A stretch of DNA of 64,000 bases from an uncultured bacterium (GTDB taxonomy: Bacteria; Armatimonadota; HRBIN16). The position numbers were made by a program, and so were the translations under genes. Where the stretch lies: assembly GCA_964650005.1 (NCBI GenBank), contig CAZYPZ010000002.1:138286-202285 (forward strand), in the 5' to 3' direction. This document shows, in pieces, positions 27,182 through 36,637 of this stretch. How positions within the stretch are numbered: position 1 is the stretch's first letter; each line of letters starts with the position of its first letter. Under the pieces are notes generated by a model. The model was not told where the DNA came from and ran no database searches. It saw only the letters and a list, made by a program, of their open reading frames with translations.

Positions 27182-28216
27182 TCAGGGATTCACGATGATC
27201 TTGTTCCGATCGGGTGTTCCCATGACCCGGATCGCCTCGTGGATATCCTTTAACGGGAAACGATGCGAGATGATCGCCTCGGTGTCGACCAGATCGGTCT
27301 CCATCAGGCGGATGGCGCGTGTCATGGCTGTGGGTGTGGTGCCGAAACTGGCATCCATCCGACCTTCCAGAAAGTGTGTCAGGCCGCCGTCCAGTGAGAA
27401 TGATTCGTGGGTGGTGATGCCGAACACGTTCCAGCGGGTACCTCTTCGGCGCAGATCCACCATCAGCTGGACGGCCTCGATCGGGCCGGCGGCTTCCACG
27501 ATCAGGTCTGGCCCGTCGGGCATAATGGCATAAAGAGCCTCTCGGATGTCGCTTTGTGACGGATCGAGGGCAGCGGTCGCGCCTAGGCGCATCGCCTGTG
27601 CGCGCGCATATGGGCTGCTGTCGATCGCCACCAGCCGGGCCGCTCCCGCAGTGCGGGCAACCATCAGACACAGCAGTCCGATACTGCCCACGCCGATGAT
27701 CACCACATCGTCGCCCACCTGCATCTGGCTGTATTGGATGACCCCCTTCCAGGCGCCGGACAGCGGTTCGGTCAGCGCGGCGGCATCGAACGAGATGCCG
27801 GCGGGTTTATGAAACAGGCACTCGTCTTTGGTGAGCATATATTCGGCGAAAGCTCCTGGGCGCACATCGGCCGGTCCGTCTCCGCCGGTCACAAACGAGT
27901 GGGCGCAGTAGTGTGTATTGCCGACCCGGCAGTGCGCACAGCGTCCACAGTAGCCGGAGGGCTGTACGATCACCGGGTCGCCCTCCTTGACGTGGCTCAC
28001 CGCCGGCCCCACCTCATGCACGATCCCGCTGGGTTCATGGCCAACGATGCATGGAAACGTCACGTTCGTCCGGATCCCGCGGATCGCCTTGTAATCGGTG
28101 GCGCAGATACCGCAGGACACAATCCGGACCACCACATCGCCCGGCTCCGTGGCGCGGGGGATCGGCACATCCTCCAGTTCCAATCGGTCAACCGCGTGTA
28201 ACACCGCCGCCAGCAT
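27182..28216 (-). CDS. Zn-dependent (MDR) alcohol/polyol dehydrogenase
   Basis: CGICATD, GHEPSG, CGRCAHCRVGNTHYC, IGVGSIG; AGGAGG RBS before ATG 28216. Confidence 0.9.
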   Translation of the reverse strand: MLAAVLHAVDRLELEDVPIPRATEPGDVVVRIVSCGICATDYKAIRGIRTNVTFPCIVGHEPSGIVHEVGPAVSHVKEGDPVIVQPSGYCGRCAHCRVGNTHYCAHSFVTGGDGPADVRPGAFAEYMLTKDECLFHKPAGISFDAAALTEPLSGAWKGVIQYSQMQVGDDVVIIGVGSIGLLCLMVARTAGAARLVAIDSSPYARAQAMRLGATAALDPSQSDIREALYAIMPDGPDLIVEAAGPIEAVQLMVDLRRRGTRWNVFGITTHESFSLDGGLTHFLEGRMDASFGTTPTAMTRAIRLMETDLVDTEAIISHRFPLKDIHEAIRVMGTPDRNKIIVNP

Positions 28217-28337
28217 CGTGCGCCTCCTGATGGGTTTATTGATAAACATTTCGATACAGCGTGTTACCAGTCCTGCTCCGATACGCCGTCATGGTTACAA
28301 TGAAGTGCGGAACCACATCACAACACACTAGAGGCGT

Positions 28338-29612
28338 ATGAACACACGACGTACGGCGGTGGTGATCGGCTCGGGACCGGGAGGGCTACTGGTCGCCTGT
28401 CTGCTGGCGCAGTCCGGTTATGCGGTCACGGTGCTGGAACGGCTGGACATCCCGGGCGGCCGGTTCACCCATATCGATTTCGAGGGATACGCGGTGCCCA
28501 CGGGCGCGTTTCATATGCTGCCTGGCGGACCGGTGGGGCCTATCGGCCGCTGTCTGCGGCATTTGGGAATCGATCTGCCGATGCGGGTACTGGAACCGTC
28601 GATGATGGTTCACCGAGACGGCGCCTGTTGGCCGTTGAATGTCGACCGACCGGGACGCACCGGTTTCCGTGCTGCGGCCGGCTTGACAGATGGACGGGCG
28701 CTGAAGTGGCGGTTTCTGAAAAACTCGATGCTGGCGATGCTGGGCAGCCCGGTGCGCGTGGGCGCACTGGTGGACGGGCTGGACGCCGACGGGACCGCAT
28801 TGAGACTGTATAACCATCTGACGGAATTCAGCCTGGGCGCCACGGTATGGCAGGTTCCGTTAGGGTATAAATTGCGGTCGTTGCGGGTGCAGCGGTTCGG
28901 ACGTGAAGCGATGCTGTTGGGCGGGAACAAGTCGTTGATCGATGCGCTTTGCGCCCGGCTGCGGGAGATGGGCGGGGTGCTGCAGCTGGGCTGCGGCGCC
29001 AGCCGGATCGCGGTGGAACGGTCCCGAGCCGTGGGCGTGGTTGATGAGAGCGGCGCCCTTCATGTTGCCGATGTGGTGATCTGTACGGCGGGCAGTCAAC
29101 GGGCGGTCCAGCTGCTCGGTGCGCACTGTCCGCAGTGGATGCGCGACATGACCAACCGGCTGACTCCCTTCTGGGGGGCGGCCTGGTCCATCCGATCCGA
29201 CCGGCCGCTGCAGCGGTACGCCACGGTGGATATTCCGTTACGCTTGAACCGGATTTCGGGCATCACGGCGGTATCGCTGCTGGCGCCCGATCTCTGTCCC
29301 AAGAACCACCATTATTCGCTGGCTTATCAGCGACTTGACCCCGAAGAGCCGTTGCAGCGTCAGCTGGATGAGGCACGCGAGGAGCTGCTGGATTGGCTGC
29401 CGACGGGTGCGGATCCGTTCCACCTGGCTACGTATGTCGGCGAGCATCCGGGTGGTCTGGCCGATTTGTCACCCCGACTGGTGAACCGGCTGCCATTGCG
29501 TATGCCGGATATTTCGGGGCTGTACTTCGGCGGCTACGAAGGTCGTGTATACGGTGTGGCCGCCGAAGTGACCGGTGAAGCGGCGCTTCGAATATGGAGA
29601 ATGCTGCGATGA
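28338..29612 (+). CDS. FAD-dependent oxidoreductase, phytoene-desaturase-like
   Basis: Rossmann motif VVIGSGPGG; VLER...GGRFT...TGAFHMLPGGPVGP; GGNKSLIDAL. Confidence 0.75.
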   Translation: MNTRRTAVVIGSGPGGLLVACLLAQSGYAVTVLERLDIPGGRFTHIDFEGYAVPTGAFHMLPGGPVGPIGRCLRHLGIDLPMRVLEPSMMVHRDGACWPLNVDRPGRTGFRAAAGLTDGRALKWRFLKNSMLAMLGSPVRVGALVDGLDADGTALRLYNHLTEFSLGATVWQVPLGYKLRSLRVQRFGREAMLLGGNKSLIDALCARLREMGGVLQLGCGASRIAVERSRAVGVVDESGALHVADVVICTAGSQRAVQLLGAHCPQWMRDMTNRLTPFWGAAWSIRSDRPLQRYATVDIPLRLNRISGITAVSLLAPDLCPKNHHYSLAYQRLDPEEPLQRQLDEAREELLDWLPTGADPFHLATYVGEHPGGLADLSPRLVNRLPLRMPDISGLYFGGYEGRVYGVAAEVTGEAALRIWRMLR

Positions 29613-29824
29613 GCGCACAGATCGACCGCGAGCGCTGTGCCGGCTGCGGAGCCTGCCGGCTTATCTGTCCGACCCGGGCGATCTTTCGGTTGGAATTGGC
29701 CTATACGGTCGCGCCGGAGCGTTGTGTACGCTGCCGGAAGTGCATCGGCGTGTGTCCCGTGGGCTGCATCGGGCTTGCGGACGAGAATGCGGCCGCCACA
29801 CCGGGGCAAGCTTCAGAGCAATGA
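29609..29824 (+). CDS. 2x[4Fe-4S] ferredoxin
   Basis: CAGCGACRLICP and CVRCRKCIGVCP; ATGA overlap with the oxidoreductase stop. Confidence 0.88.
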   Translation: MSAQIDRERCAGCGACRLICPTRAIFRLELAYTVAPERCVRCRKCIGVCPVGCIGLADENAAATPGQASEQ

Positions 29825-29834
29825 ACCGCATGGT

Positions 29835-31781
29835 TCACTTTGCGGTCAGCGTTCGGCGCACGCATTCCCTCAGGTCGCTCATCGAGAACGGTTTTTGCAA
29901 ATATCCATAAGGCGTCAGGCTGTGTATATGACGCATTACGTCGGTGAGGGGATATCCACTGATGATGATGACGGGCAGTTGCGGGGCCAGATCCTGCAGC
30001 CGTTGCAGGGTGACGTCGCCTGACATACCCGGCATACGCATATCCAGCAGCACCAGTCCGATTTCGTCGAGGTGTTCACCGGCAAGGCGCAGCCCTTCAT
30101 TACCCGAGTCAGCTGTCAATACCCGGTATCCGAACGTTTCCAGCATTCGCCGGGTTGTTTTCAGCACTTGAGGTTCATCGTCAATTACCAGAATGGCCTG
30201 CGAGGTGTCTGTCACATCGGCTGATCTCACCGGTTCCGGGCGATACAGCGGCAGCATCAGGCGCACGGTAACCCCTTGTCCGAGTGTACTTCGCAGACAA
30301 ATCGCGCCATGGTGGCTGCGCATAATCCCCAAAGTGGCGGAGAGGCCCAGTCCGCGTCCTTGGAACCGCGTGCTGAAAAACGGTTCGAATACACGGGTTG
30401 CCGTTTCCGGGCTGATGCCGGGACCGGTATCTGCAACTTCAATCAGCGCATATTCACCCGGTGTGGCGCCCTCGGCATAGGTGCATTGGCTCAGTTGTTC
30501 GGCGGTTAAGTGATGGCTGCAAAGTTTTACGGTGACCGTTCCGCCGCACTCGGAACACGCCTCAAACGCATTGGCAACCACATTGATCAACGCCTGTTTG
30601 ATATGGTTCGGGTCACCGGTGACCGTCAGCTCTTCGAGCAGATATTCGGCCTGCAGGACCACGCCCGGAGGCGCAGCGCGTGTCAACAGATCGAGCGTCT
30701 GTTCGATCAGGGGGCGCAGGGCGACACGTGCTTCCGTCATCCTGCCGGCTCCGGCATATGCCAGCAGCTGTTTACACAATTCTGCGGCTCGTTCTCCGGC
30801 CTGGTGGATCTCCTGAACATGTGACTGCAGGGCGTGGTGTTCCGGCAGGGCGCAGCGGATCAACGCGTTGTTTCCCAGGATTATCGTCAGCAGGTTGTTG
30901 AAGTCATGCGCGACTCCACCTGCCAGCACGCCCAGGCTCTCCAGTCGCTGGGTCTGCTCCAGGCGCTGTTCCGCCGCTTTCTGCATCGCCAGGGCTTCAT
31001 GCAGCGCGCTGATATCGGATATCAACGCCAGCGCGCCGGCATACCGACCGTCTTCGGTGAATACGGGCGCGGTGTTGATCAATGTATACACCGGGTGTCC
31101 GTCATTATGCTGAAACACGAACTCATGCTGTTCGGCAATACCGGATTGCCGACGCTGCACATTCGCAGCTGCCTGAGCGCGTTCCGACTCGGACATGAAC
31201 GTGAACAGGTGTTGGCCCATCATCTGCTCCGGCGTGTATCCCAACATCTCCGCCATGCGCCGGTTGACATATGTGGTGCAAGAGTGTTCGTCAATCTCCC
31301 ACACGCCCTCCCCGCATGTTTCTACCAGTCGGCGGTATCGGGCTTCACTCTGCCGCAGCTGATTCTCCGCCTCGGCGCGCTGGATCACCTCCCGTTCCAG
31401 CTTCGCCACTGTCTGGCGCAACGAGGCGGTGCGCTCCGCCACAACCTGTTCCAACCGTTCGTTCTGCCGTTCCAGCAGCCTGCGATGCTGGCGTTCCTCC
31501 AGGATCAGCGCCAGCATCTGGACCGCGTTGATCACAACCGCCTGCTCATCCGAAGGGCGCTGCCCGAATGACGGAGCCACGCACACGGCACCGAAGCAGG
31601 TCCGGTTCGTTCGCACGGGAATGACACCTGGTCCCGAAACGGGATCGGTGACATAACGATAGTCGTATCCGGGATCTCCCGCGTTCAGGGAGTCCACGAA
31701 AAGACGTATGACGGCGTCCGAGTCATCGATCTGACTCAACGACACCATCAACAGAAACAGATCATGGGTCAGGCGTTGCAC
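29835..31781 (-). CDS. Hybrid sensor histidine kinase (N-terminal GAF-like region, PAS, HisKA, HATPase, receiver)
   Basis: PAS (YVNRRMAEMLGY), GVAHDFNNLL, VADTGPGI, FFSTRFQGRGLGL, receiver ILVIDDE...VLLDMRMPGMSG. GTG start at 31781 after an AAAGGGG RBS. Confidence 0.9.
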   Translation of the reverse strand: MQRLTHDLFLLMVSLSQIDDSDAVIRLFVDSLNAGDPGYDYRYVTDPVSGPGVIPVRTNRTCFGAVCVAPSFGQRPSDEQAVVINAVQMLALILEERQHRRLLERQNERLEQVVAERTASLRQTVAKLEREVIQRAEAENQLRQSEARYRRLVETCGEGVWEIDEHSCTTYVNRRMAEMLGYTPEQMMGQHLFTFMSESERAQAAANVQRRQSGIAEQHEFVFQHNDGHPVYTLINTAPVFTEDGRYAGALALISDISALHEALAMQKAAEQRLEQTQRLESLGVLAGGVAHDFNNLLTIILGNNALIRCALPEHHALQSHVQEIHQAGERAAELCKQLLAYAGAGRMTEARVALRPLIEQTLDLLTRAAPPGVVLQAEYLLEELTVTGDPNHIKQALINVVANAFEACSECGGTVTVKLCSHHLTAEQLSQCTYAEGATPGEYALIEVADTGPGISPETATRVFEPFFSTRFQGRGLGLSATLGIMRSHHGAICLRSTLGQGVTVRLMLPLYRPEPVRSADVTDTSQAILVIDDEPQVLKTTRRMLETFGYRVLTADSGNEGLRLAGEHLDEIGLVLLDMRMPGMSGDVTLQRLQDLAPQLPVIIISGYPLTDVMRHIHSLTPYGYLQKPFSMSDLRECVRRTLTAK

Positions 31782-32437
31782 GTGTCCCCTTTCGGCAGAA
31801 ACTGCGGCGCATGCTCTTTCAGCCAGACATCCGGTTCGCGGTAGAGCGGATTCTGCAGGATCACGCCGCCATGGATCAGCCACGGATGGGTCTGTAACAC
31901 TCCCATAATCATCTCACCGGAGAACCGGCGTACGTCATACAGACAGATGCTGATCCAAGGCTTTCCGGGAATGAAGTAGTTGAGTCGGGATTCGTAGACC
32001 ATCAAGTGTTCCACACCGGGTATCCGCTCCAGCGCCCAGCTCATCTCCGCGGTGGCGCGGATGTTGCGCGGACCGTTCTGTTGACTGGCTGAAAAGAAGC
32101 CCTGAAGGTTGGTGTCCATGTCGGTCGGTGAGAACACGCCGCTTGGATAGTAGACCTCTCGGGCGGTTGACACATGGAACAAGTGAGGATCGTGCGTATC
32201 GTTGGCGTGGTCCGGATACAGTCGGGCGTACGTGGCCTGGAACTGGTCGATATCCTGTTCTACCGGCACATACAGTTGCAGATCGCCGTCTCTGGCTCCG
32301 CGATGCAGGTAGGGGAACAGGATATCGTTCCACTCTTGATCGGATTGGTAGAGACCGCACAGGTGTAATCCCCAGTTACACACCCAACCGCCAAATCCCA
32401 GATCGACTTCGGGCTGATCGGACGTCTTGAGATGCAT
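31769..32437 (-). CDS. Standalone MEDS (DcmR-like sensory) domain protein
   Basis: GLHLCGLY...FPYLHRGARDG, RATAEMSWAL, YESRLNYF, ICLYDVRRF...VLQTHP; AGGAGG RBS. Confidence 0.85.
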   Translation of the reverse strand: MHLKTSDQPEVDLGFGGWVCNWGLHLCGLYQSDQEWNDILFPYLHRGARDGDLQLYVPVEQDIDQFQATYARLYPDHANDTHDPHLFHVSTAREVYYPSGVFSPTDMDTNLQGFFSASQQNGPRNIRATAEMSWALERIPGVEHLMVYESRLNYFIPGKPWISICLYDVRRFSGEMIMGVLQTHPWLIHGGVILQNPLYREPDVWLKEHAPQFLPKGDTCNA

Positions 32438-32636
32438 CGTAACACCTCCTCGAGGGGCCCTGCGACGGGGGACGGCCGTTAACCGCCCGATACAGATACC
32501 GTATATGGTGTGTATGCATGATACACCTTTCTGCCAGTGATGTGTACTGGGTTCGCACATCTAATTCGTGTAATTTGCGATATGGTGTAGCCGGAAGACC
32601 CGTCGTATGCGGCGGTATAAAGGAGTGACGAAGTCC

Positions 32637-33274
32637 ATGTGGCCGTTTCAACCCAACGAACTGGTGCTGTTTCAGGGCGACAGCATCACCGATGCCGGAC
32701 GGTCCCGCGAGGATGACAGCCAGCTGGGCGCCGGATATGCCGCGTTGCTGGCTGCCTGGCTGCCTGGCTGTCGGCTCAATGGCCGCAGGGCCGCCTCCGG
32801 TTCCTGAACCGCGGAGTCAGTGGAGACCGCGTCTGTGACCTGGAAGCGCGCTGGAGCCGCGACTGTATAGAACTGCAACCGTCCTGGTTATCGATATTGA
32901 TCGGCATCAACGACACCTGGCGACGGTATGATTCGGGGGTTTCGTCGGATATCGATGCTTTCGAACGGACATATGAGCGACTGCTGCAGCGGGTGCGTCA
33001 GGAGACCTCTGCGCGGGTGATTCTGATGGAGCCGTTCGTGGCGCCGGTTACAGCCGATCAGTTGAATTGGCGGGAGGATCTGGACCCGCGTATCCAAGCC
33101 GTCCGGCGGGTCGCGCGGGCGTTCGGGGCGTATTATGTGCCGCTGGACGGTATGTTTGCCGCAGCCAGTGCGCATCGTGAGCCGGCATTCTGGGCCAGCG
33201 ACGGCGTGCACCCCACAGCGGCGGGGCATGCCCTCATCGCCCAACAATGGCTGCGTACCCTGCAGTCAGGCTGA
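32637..33274 (+). pseudogene. SGNH/GDSL hydrolase split by a frameshift
   Basis: Block I (FQGDSITD) lies in one frame; blocks II-V (LNRGVSG, IGINDTW, DGVHP) lie in another. The shift coincides with the duplicated 8-mer GCTGCCTG at 32751-32766. Confidence 0.9.
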
Positions 33275-33345
33275 GCGGTTCCTGCGCATTCCCCGCGAGG
33301 AGCCAGTGGCACGCGAATTGCTTGCAAGTGCCCTGAAGTTCAATC

Positions 33346-35016
33346 GTGGGGATCACGCGCATGCAGGGTACAGCCATACACACAGGCCCGGACCGCGGCC
33401 AAGCGCCGCCGATCCCGCCGTTTACGCAACTGGTGGACATGCACCGGCTGCAGGCTCATCTGAACCTGCTGCATGCGGCAACGGGCCTGTCGACCGCACT
33501 GCTCGACGCGAATGGACAGATCCTCGCCACGGTGGGCCTGCAGCCGGTCTGCACCGGGTTTCACCGCTGCAACGAGCGCGCTGCACCCTATTGTGCAGAG
33601 AGCGACCTGTTCCTGGCCGGATACCTGTATGCCGGGCGGACCGCGGGGTACCGCTGCCGCAACGGGATGTGGGATTACGCATGTCCCGTGATGGTGGCGG
33701 GACAGCATCTGGCCACTCTGTATATCGGCCAGTTTCACACAGACCCGCCCGATCGCGTAGAGGCGGATAAGCGGGCGGCCGAATATGGGTTTGATCCGGA
33801 AGCGTACTGGGACGCGTTGACTCATGCACCCGTGGTTGCGCCGGAGCGGGTTCAGCGTGTGGTGGATCTCGCGCGTGATACCGCCGAGCTGCTGGCGGAA
33901 ATCGGTTTGGAACGGCACATTCAGATGGAGGCGCAGCAGCGTCGGCTGGAGGAGAGCGAGACGTTGTATCGGGCGGTCTTTGAGCAATCGCCTGACTCCA
34001 TTGTGGTGCTGGACAAGCGCACCGGGCGCCCGGTACGGTACAACGCCGCGGCCTGTCAGCAGTTTGGTTGCACGCCGGAGCAGATGAGCGCACTCCGTAT
34101 CCCGCCGTTGGCGGTTGAAACCGCGATGCAGGCCTCCGCACAAGAGACGGATGGGCATGTCGAGTTGGAGACGCGGCATCATACGGTCACAGGGGAGCCG
34201 CGGGATGTCCACCTGGTCATGACCGACGTGCGTGTGGATGACACCGAATGCCTGTTATGCATCTTCCGCGACGTAACCGAGCGCAAACAGGCGGAACGAC
34301 GCCTGGTCAGCCTGGCCAACGAGCTGGCCCGATCCAATAACGAACTGCAGCAATTCGCCTATACCGCTTCACATGATTTGCAGGAACCGCTGCGGATGGT
34401 GAGTAGCTTCCTGAAGCTGATCGAGGAGCGGTATCGCGGGCAGCTGGATGAGGACGCCGACACGTTCATCGGGTTCGCCGTGGAAGGCGCCACGCGCATG
34501 CAGCACATGGTGCGCGATCTGCTGGAGTATGCCCGAGTTCAGACACAGGGGGCGCCGATGCATCCGGTTTCGAGCAGGGAGATGCTGGACCGTGCGCTCT
34601 TTGCACTTCAGGACGCCATCCGGGAGGCGGGAGTGGATATCTCTGTCGGCGAACTGCCTGTCGTGCAGGCGGATGGTGCGCAATTGAGCCGCCTGTTCCA
34701 AAACCTGTTGAGCAACGCGATCAAATTCCGCCATCCGGAGCGCGCGTCGCGCGTACGCGTGGACGCCGAGCGGATCGCTGACGGCTGGGTGTTTCGGGTT
34801 GAAGATAATGGCATCGGCATTCCGCCCGAACAGCGTGAACGGGTGTTCGCGTTGTTCCAGCGCCTGCATGCGCACTCGGCATATCCGGGGACCGGCATCG
34901 GATTGGCGGTCTGCAAACGGATTGTGGAGCGGCATGGCGGGTGGATCACAGTGGACGCCTCTGCAGACGGAGGCGCCTGTTTCCGGTTCTGCCTGCCGGA
35001 TGCAATGGGCGCATGA
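33346..35016 (+). CDS. PocR-domain plus PAS sensor histidine kinase
   Basis: PocR pattern (ATGLSTALLDANG...VCTGFHR...YC..SD...YRCRNG...PVMVAGQHLATLYIGQF), ASHDLQEPLR, VEDNGIGI, GTGIGLA. Start codon uncertain (33346 or 33361). Confidence 0.88.
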   Translation: MGITRMQGTAIHTGPDRGQAPPIPPFTQLVDMHRLQAHLNLLHAATGLSTALLDANGQILATVGLQPVCTGFHRCNERAAPYCAESDLFLAGYLYAGRTAGYRCRNGMWDYACPVMVAGQHLATLYIGQFHTDPPDRVEADKRAAEYGFDPEAYWDALTHAPVVAPERVQRVVDLARDTAELLAEIGLERHIQMEAQQRRLEESETLYRAVFEQSPDSIVVLDKRTGRPVRYNAAACQQFGCTPEQMSALRIPPLAVETAMQASAQETDGHVELETRHHTVTGEPRDVHLVMTDVRVDDTECLLCIFRDVTERKQAERRLVSLANELARSNNELQQFAYTASHDLQEPLRMVSSFLKLIEERYRGQLDEDADTFIGFAVEGATRMQHMVRDLLEYARVQTQGAPMHPVSSREMLDRALFALQDAIREAGVDISVGELPVVQADGAQLSRLFQNLLSNAIKFRHPERASRVRVDAERIADGWVFRVEDNGIGIPPEQRERVFALFQRLHAHSAYPGTGIGLAVCKRIVERHGGWITVDASADGGACFRFCLPDAMGA

Positions 35017-35438
35017 GAACGAGACGGCTGCTATTGGTGGAGGACTGCAAGGCGGAACAGCGCCTGATGACCGAAGCGTGGAATACCGTATGTCCGGATG
35101 TGTGTATTCAGACCGCTGATACAGCCGAGGAGGCGTTACGCCAACTGATGCACCGCCAATGCTTCGGCGGGAGTCTGCCGCAGCTGGTGCTGCTCGATGT
35201 GAATCTTCCCGGCCGCTCGGGCTTTGACGTACTGGCTTACGTGAAAACTCATGCGGAGCTGCGGGTCATTCCTGTAATGATCGTCAGCACGCTGCAGTCG
35301 CCGGACATGGTGAACCATGCGTATCGACTGCAGGCCAACGGTTACATCCCAAAACCCGACAGCTGGGAGCGATACCTGCAGATGGTGAGCTGTATGGATC
35401 GGTTCTGGTTCCAGACTGTGAGGCTGCCCTATGACTGA
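35013..35438 (+). CDS. Single-domain response regulator (Rcp1-like)
   Basis: LLVED, LVLLDVNLPGRSG, ANGYIPKP; ATGA overlap with the kinase stop. Confidence 0.88.
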   Translation: MRTRRLLLVEDCKAEQRLMTEAWNTVCPDVCIQTADTAEEALRQLMHRQCFGGSLPQLVLLDVNLPGRSGFDVLAYVKTHAELRVIPVMIVSTLQSPDMVNHAYRLQANGYIPKPDSWERYLQMVSCMDRFWFQTVRLPYD

Positions 35439-36555
35439 TACGCTGCTGGTTCTGGTGATCGATGACAACGACGGAGACTGCAGGCTGATCCAGGAGTTGC
35501 TGCGCCGAGTGCGCAGTCCGGAATGCCAGGTTGTGCATGAGCATACCCTGGCGGACGGATTGAAGCGTTCCGCTGCTCAGCCGCCGGATGTCGTGCTGCT
35601 GGACTTGGGATTACGGGAAACCGATGGTCTGGAGACCCTTTCGGCCTGGCTGCAGGGCGGCAGCCCTGCGCCGGTAGTGGTGCTCACCGGCCTGGATGAT
35701 GACGAAACGGCGCGCCAGGCGGTGCGTATGGGCGCACAAGACTATCTGATCAAGCATGACATGAGCGCACAGGAGCTGCTGCGCGCCATCCGGTACGCGT
35801 TGGAGCGTCATCAATTCACCAACCGGATGGTCGACCTGGAGCGATTGGAGAGCCTGGGGAGGCTGGCCGGAGCGGTGGCTCATGACTACAACAACCTGCT
35901 GACGGCCATCCTGTGCAATACCGACATGGCGATGGCTGAAGCGGCTTCTAACTCCACTCTGATGCACTATCTGAAGGAGATCGACAAAGCGGGACAGCAC
36001 GCAGCGCGCATCGCGGCCTCGATGCTGACATTTTCCGGACGCGGTTTTCACCTGTTTACGGAGCTGGACCTGGCCGGTCTGCTGCGCGAGATCCGGCCGG
36101 CGATACAGACACTGGCGGTTGACCGCATCGAGATGGTCTGGAACATTGACTGTCTGGGGCTGATCGTCCGCGTTGACCCAGCCCAGATCCAGCAGGCGCT
36201 GGTCAATCTGGTGGCAAACGCCGTGGAAGCGTCTCCGGAAGAGGGCGGACGGCTGGTGGTATCGCTCCGCAAGGAGAGGCCTGATGAGTCCAAACGTCGG
36301 CAGGTGTTTCCGCAGGCGCTGCCGGATGCGGAATATGCGGTGATCGCTGTACAGGACAACGGGCATGGCATGGATGCCGCGACGCTGGCCAAAGTGTTTG
36401 ATCCGTTCTTTACTACCCGGTTTACCGGCAGAGGGCTGGGGCTGGCCGCGGTGCTGGGAATTGTACGCGCGCACCGGGGCGGTATCTATGCCGAGAGCCA
36501 GCCCCATGACGGGGCGTTGTTTGAACTGTTGCTGCCGGTGGTGAACACCGCCTGA
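35431..36555 (+). CDS. Receiver-HisKA-HATPase hybrid kinase
   Basis: VIDDND...VLLDLGL...AQDYLIK; AVAHDYNNLL; VQDNGHGM; PFFTTRFTGRGLGL. Confidence 0.9.
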   Translation: MTDTLLVLVIDDNDGDCRLIQELLRRVRSPECQVVHEHTLADGLKRSAAQPPDVVLLDLGLRETDGLETLSAWLQGGSPAPVVVLTGLDDDETARQAVRMGAQDYLIKHDMSAQELLRAIRYALERHQFTNRMVDLERLESLGRLAGAVAHDYNNLLTAILCNTDMAMAEAASNSTLMHYLKEIDKAGQHAARIAASMLTFSGRGFHLFTELDLAGLLREIRPAIQTLAVDRIEMVWNIDCLGLIVRVDPAQIQQALVNLVANAVEASPEEGGRLVVSLRKERPDESKRRQVFPQALPDAEYAVIAVQDNGHGMDAATLAKVFDPFFTTRFTGRGLGLAAVLGIVRAHRGGIYAESQPHDGALFELLLPVVNTA

Positions 36556-36637
36556 TCTTCCAAACCGGCAGGAAACAACCGCCCCGCTCGGGAAACTGAG
36601 TGCGCTGAAGTTCAGACCACGTCGGTTGGGAGGCCAG

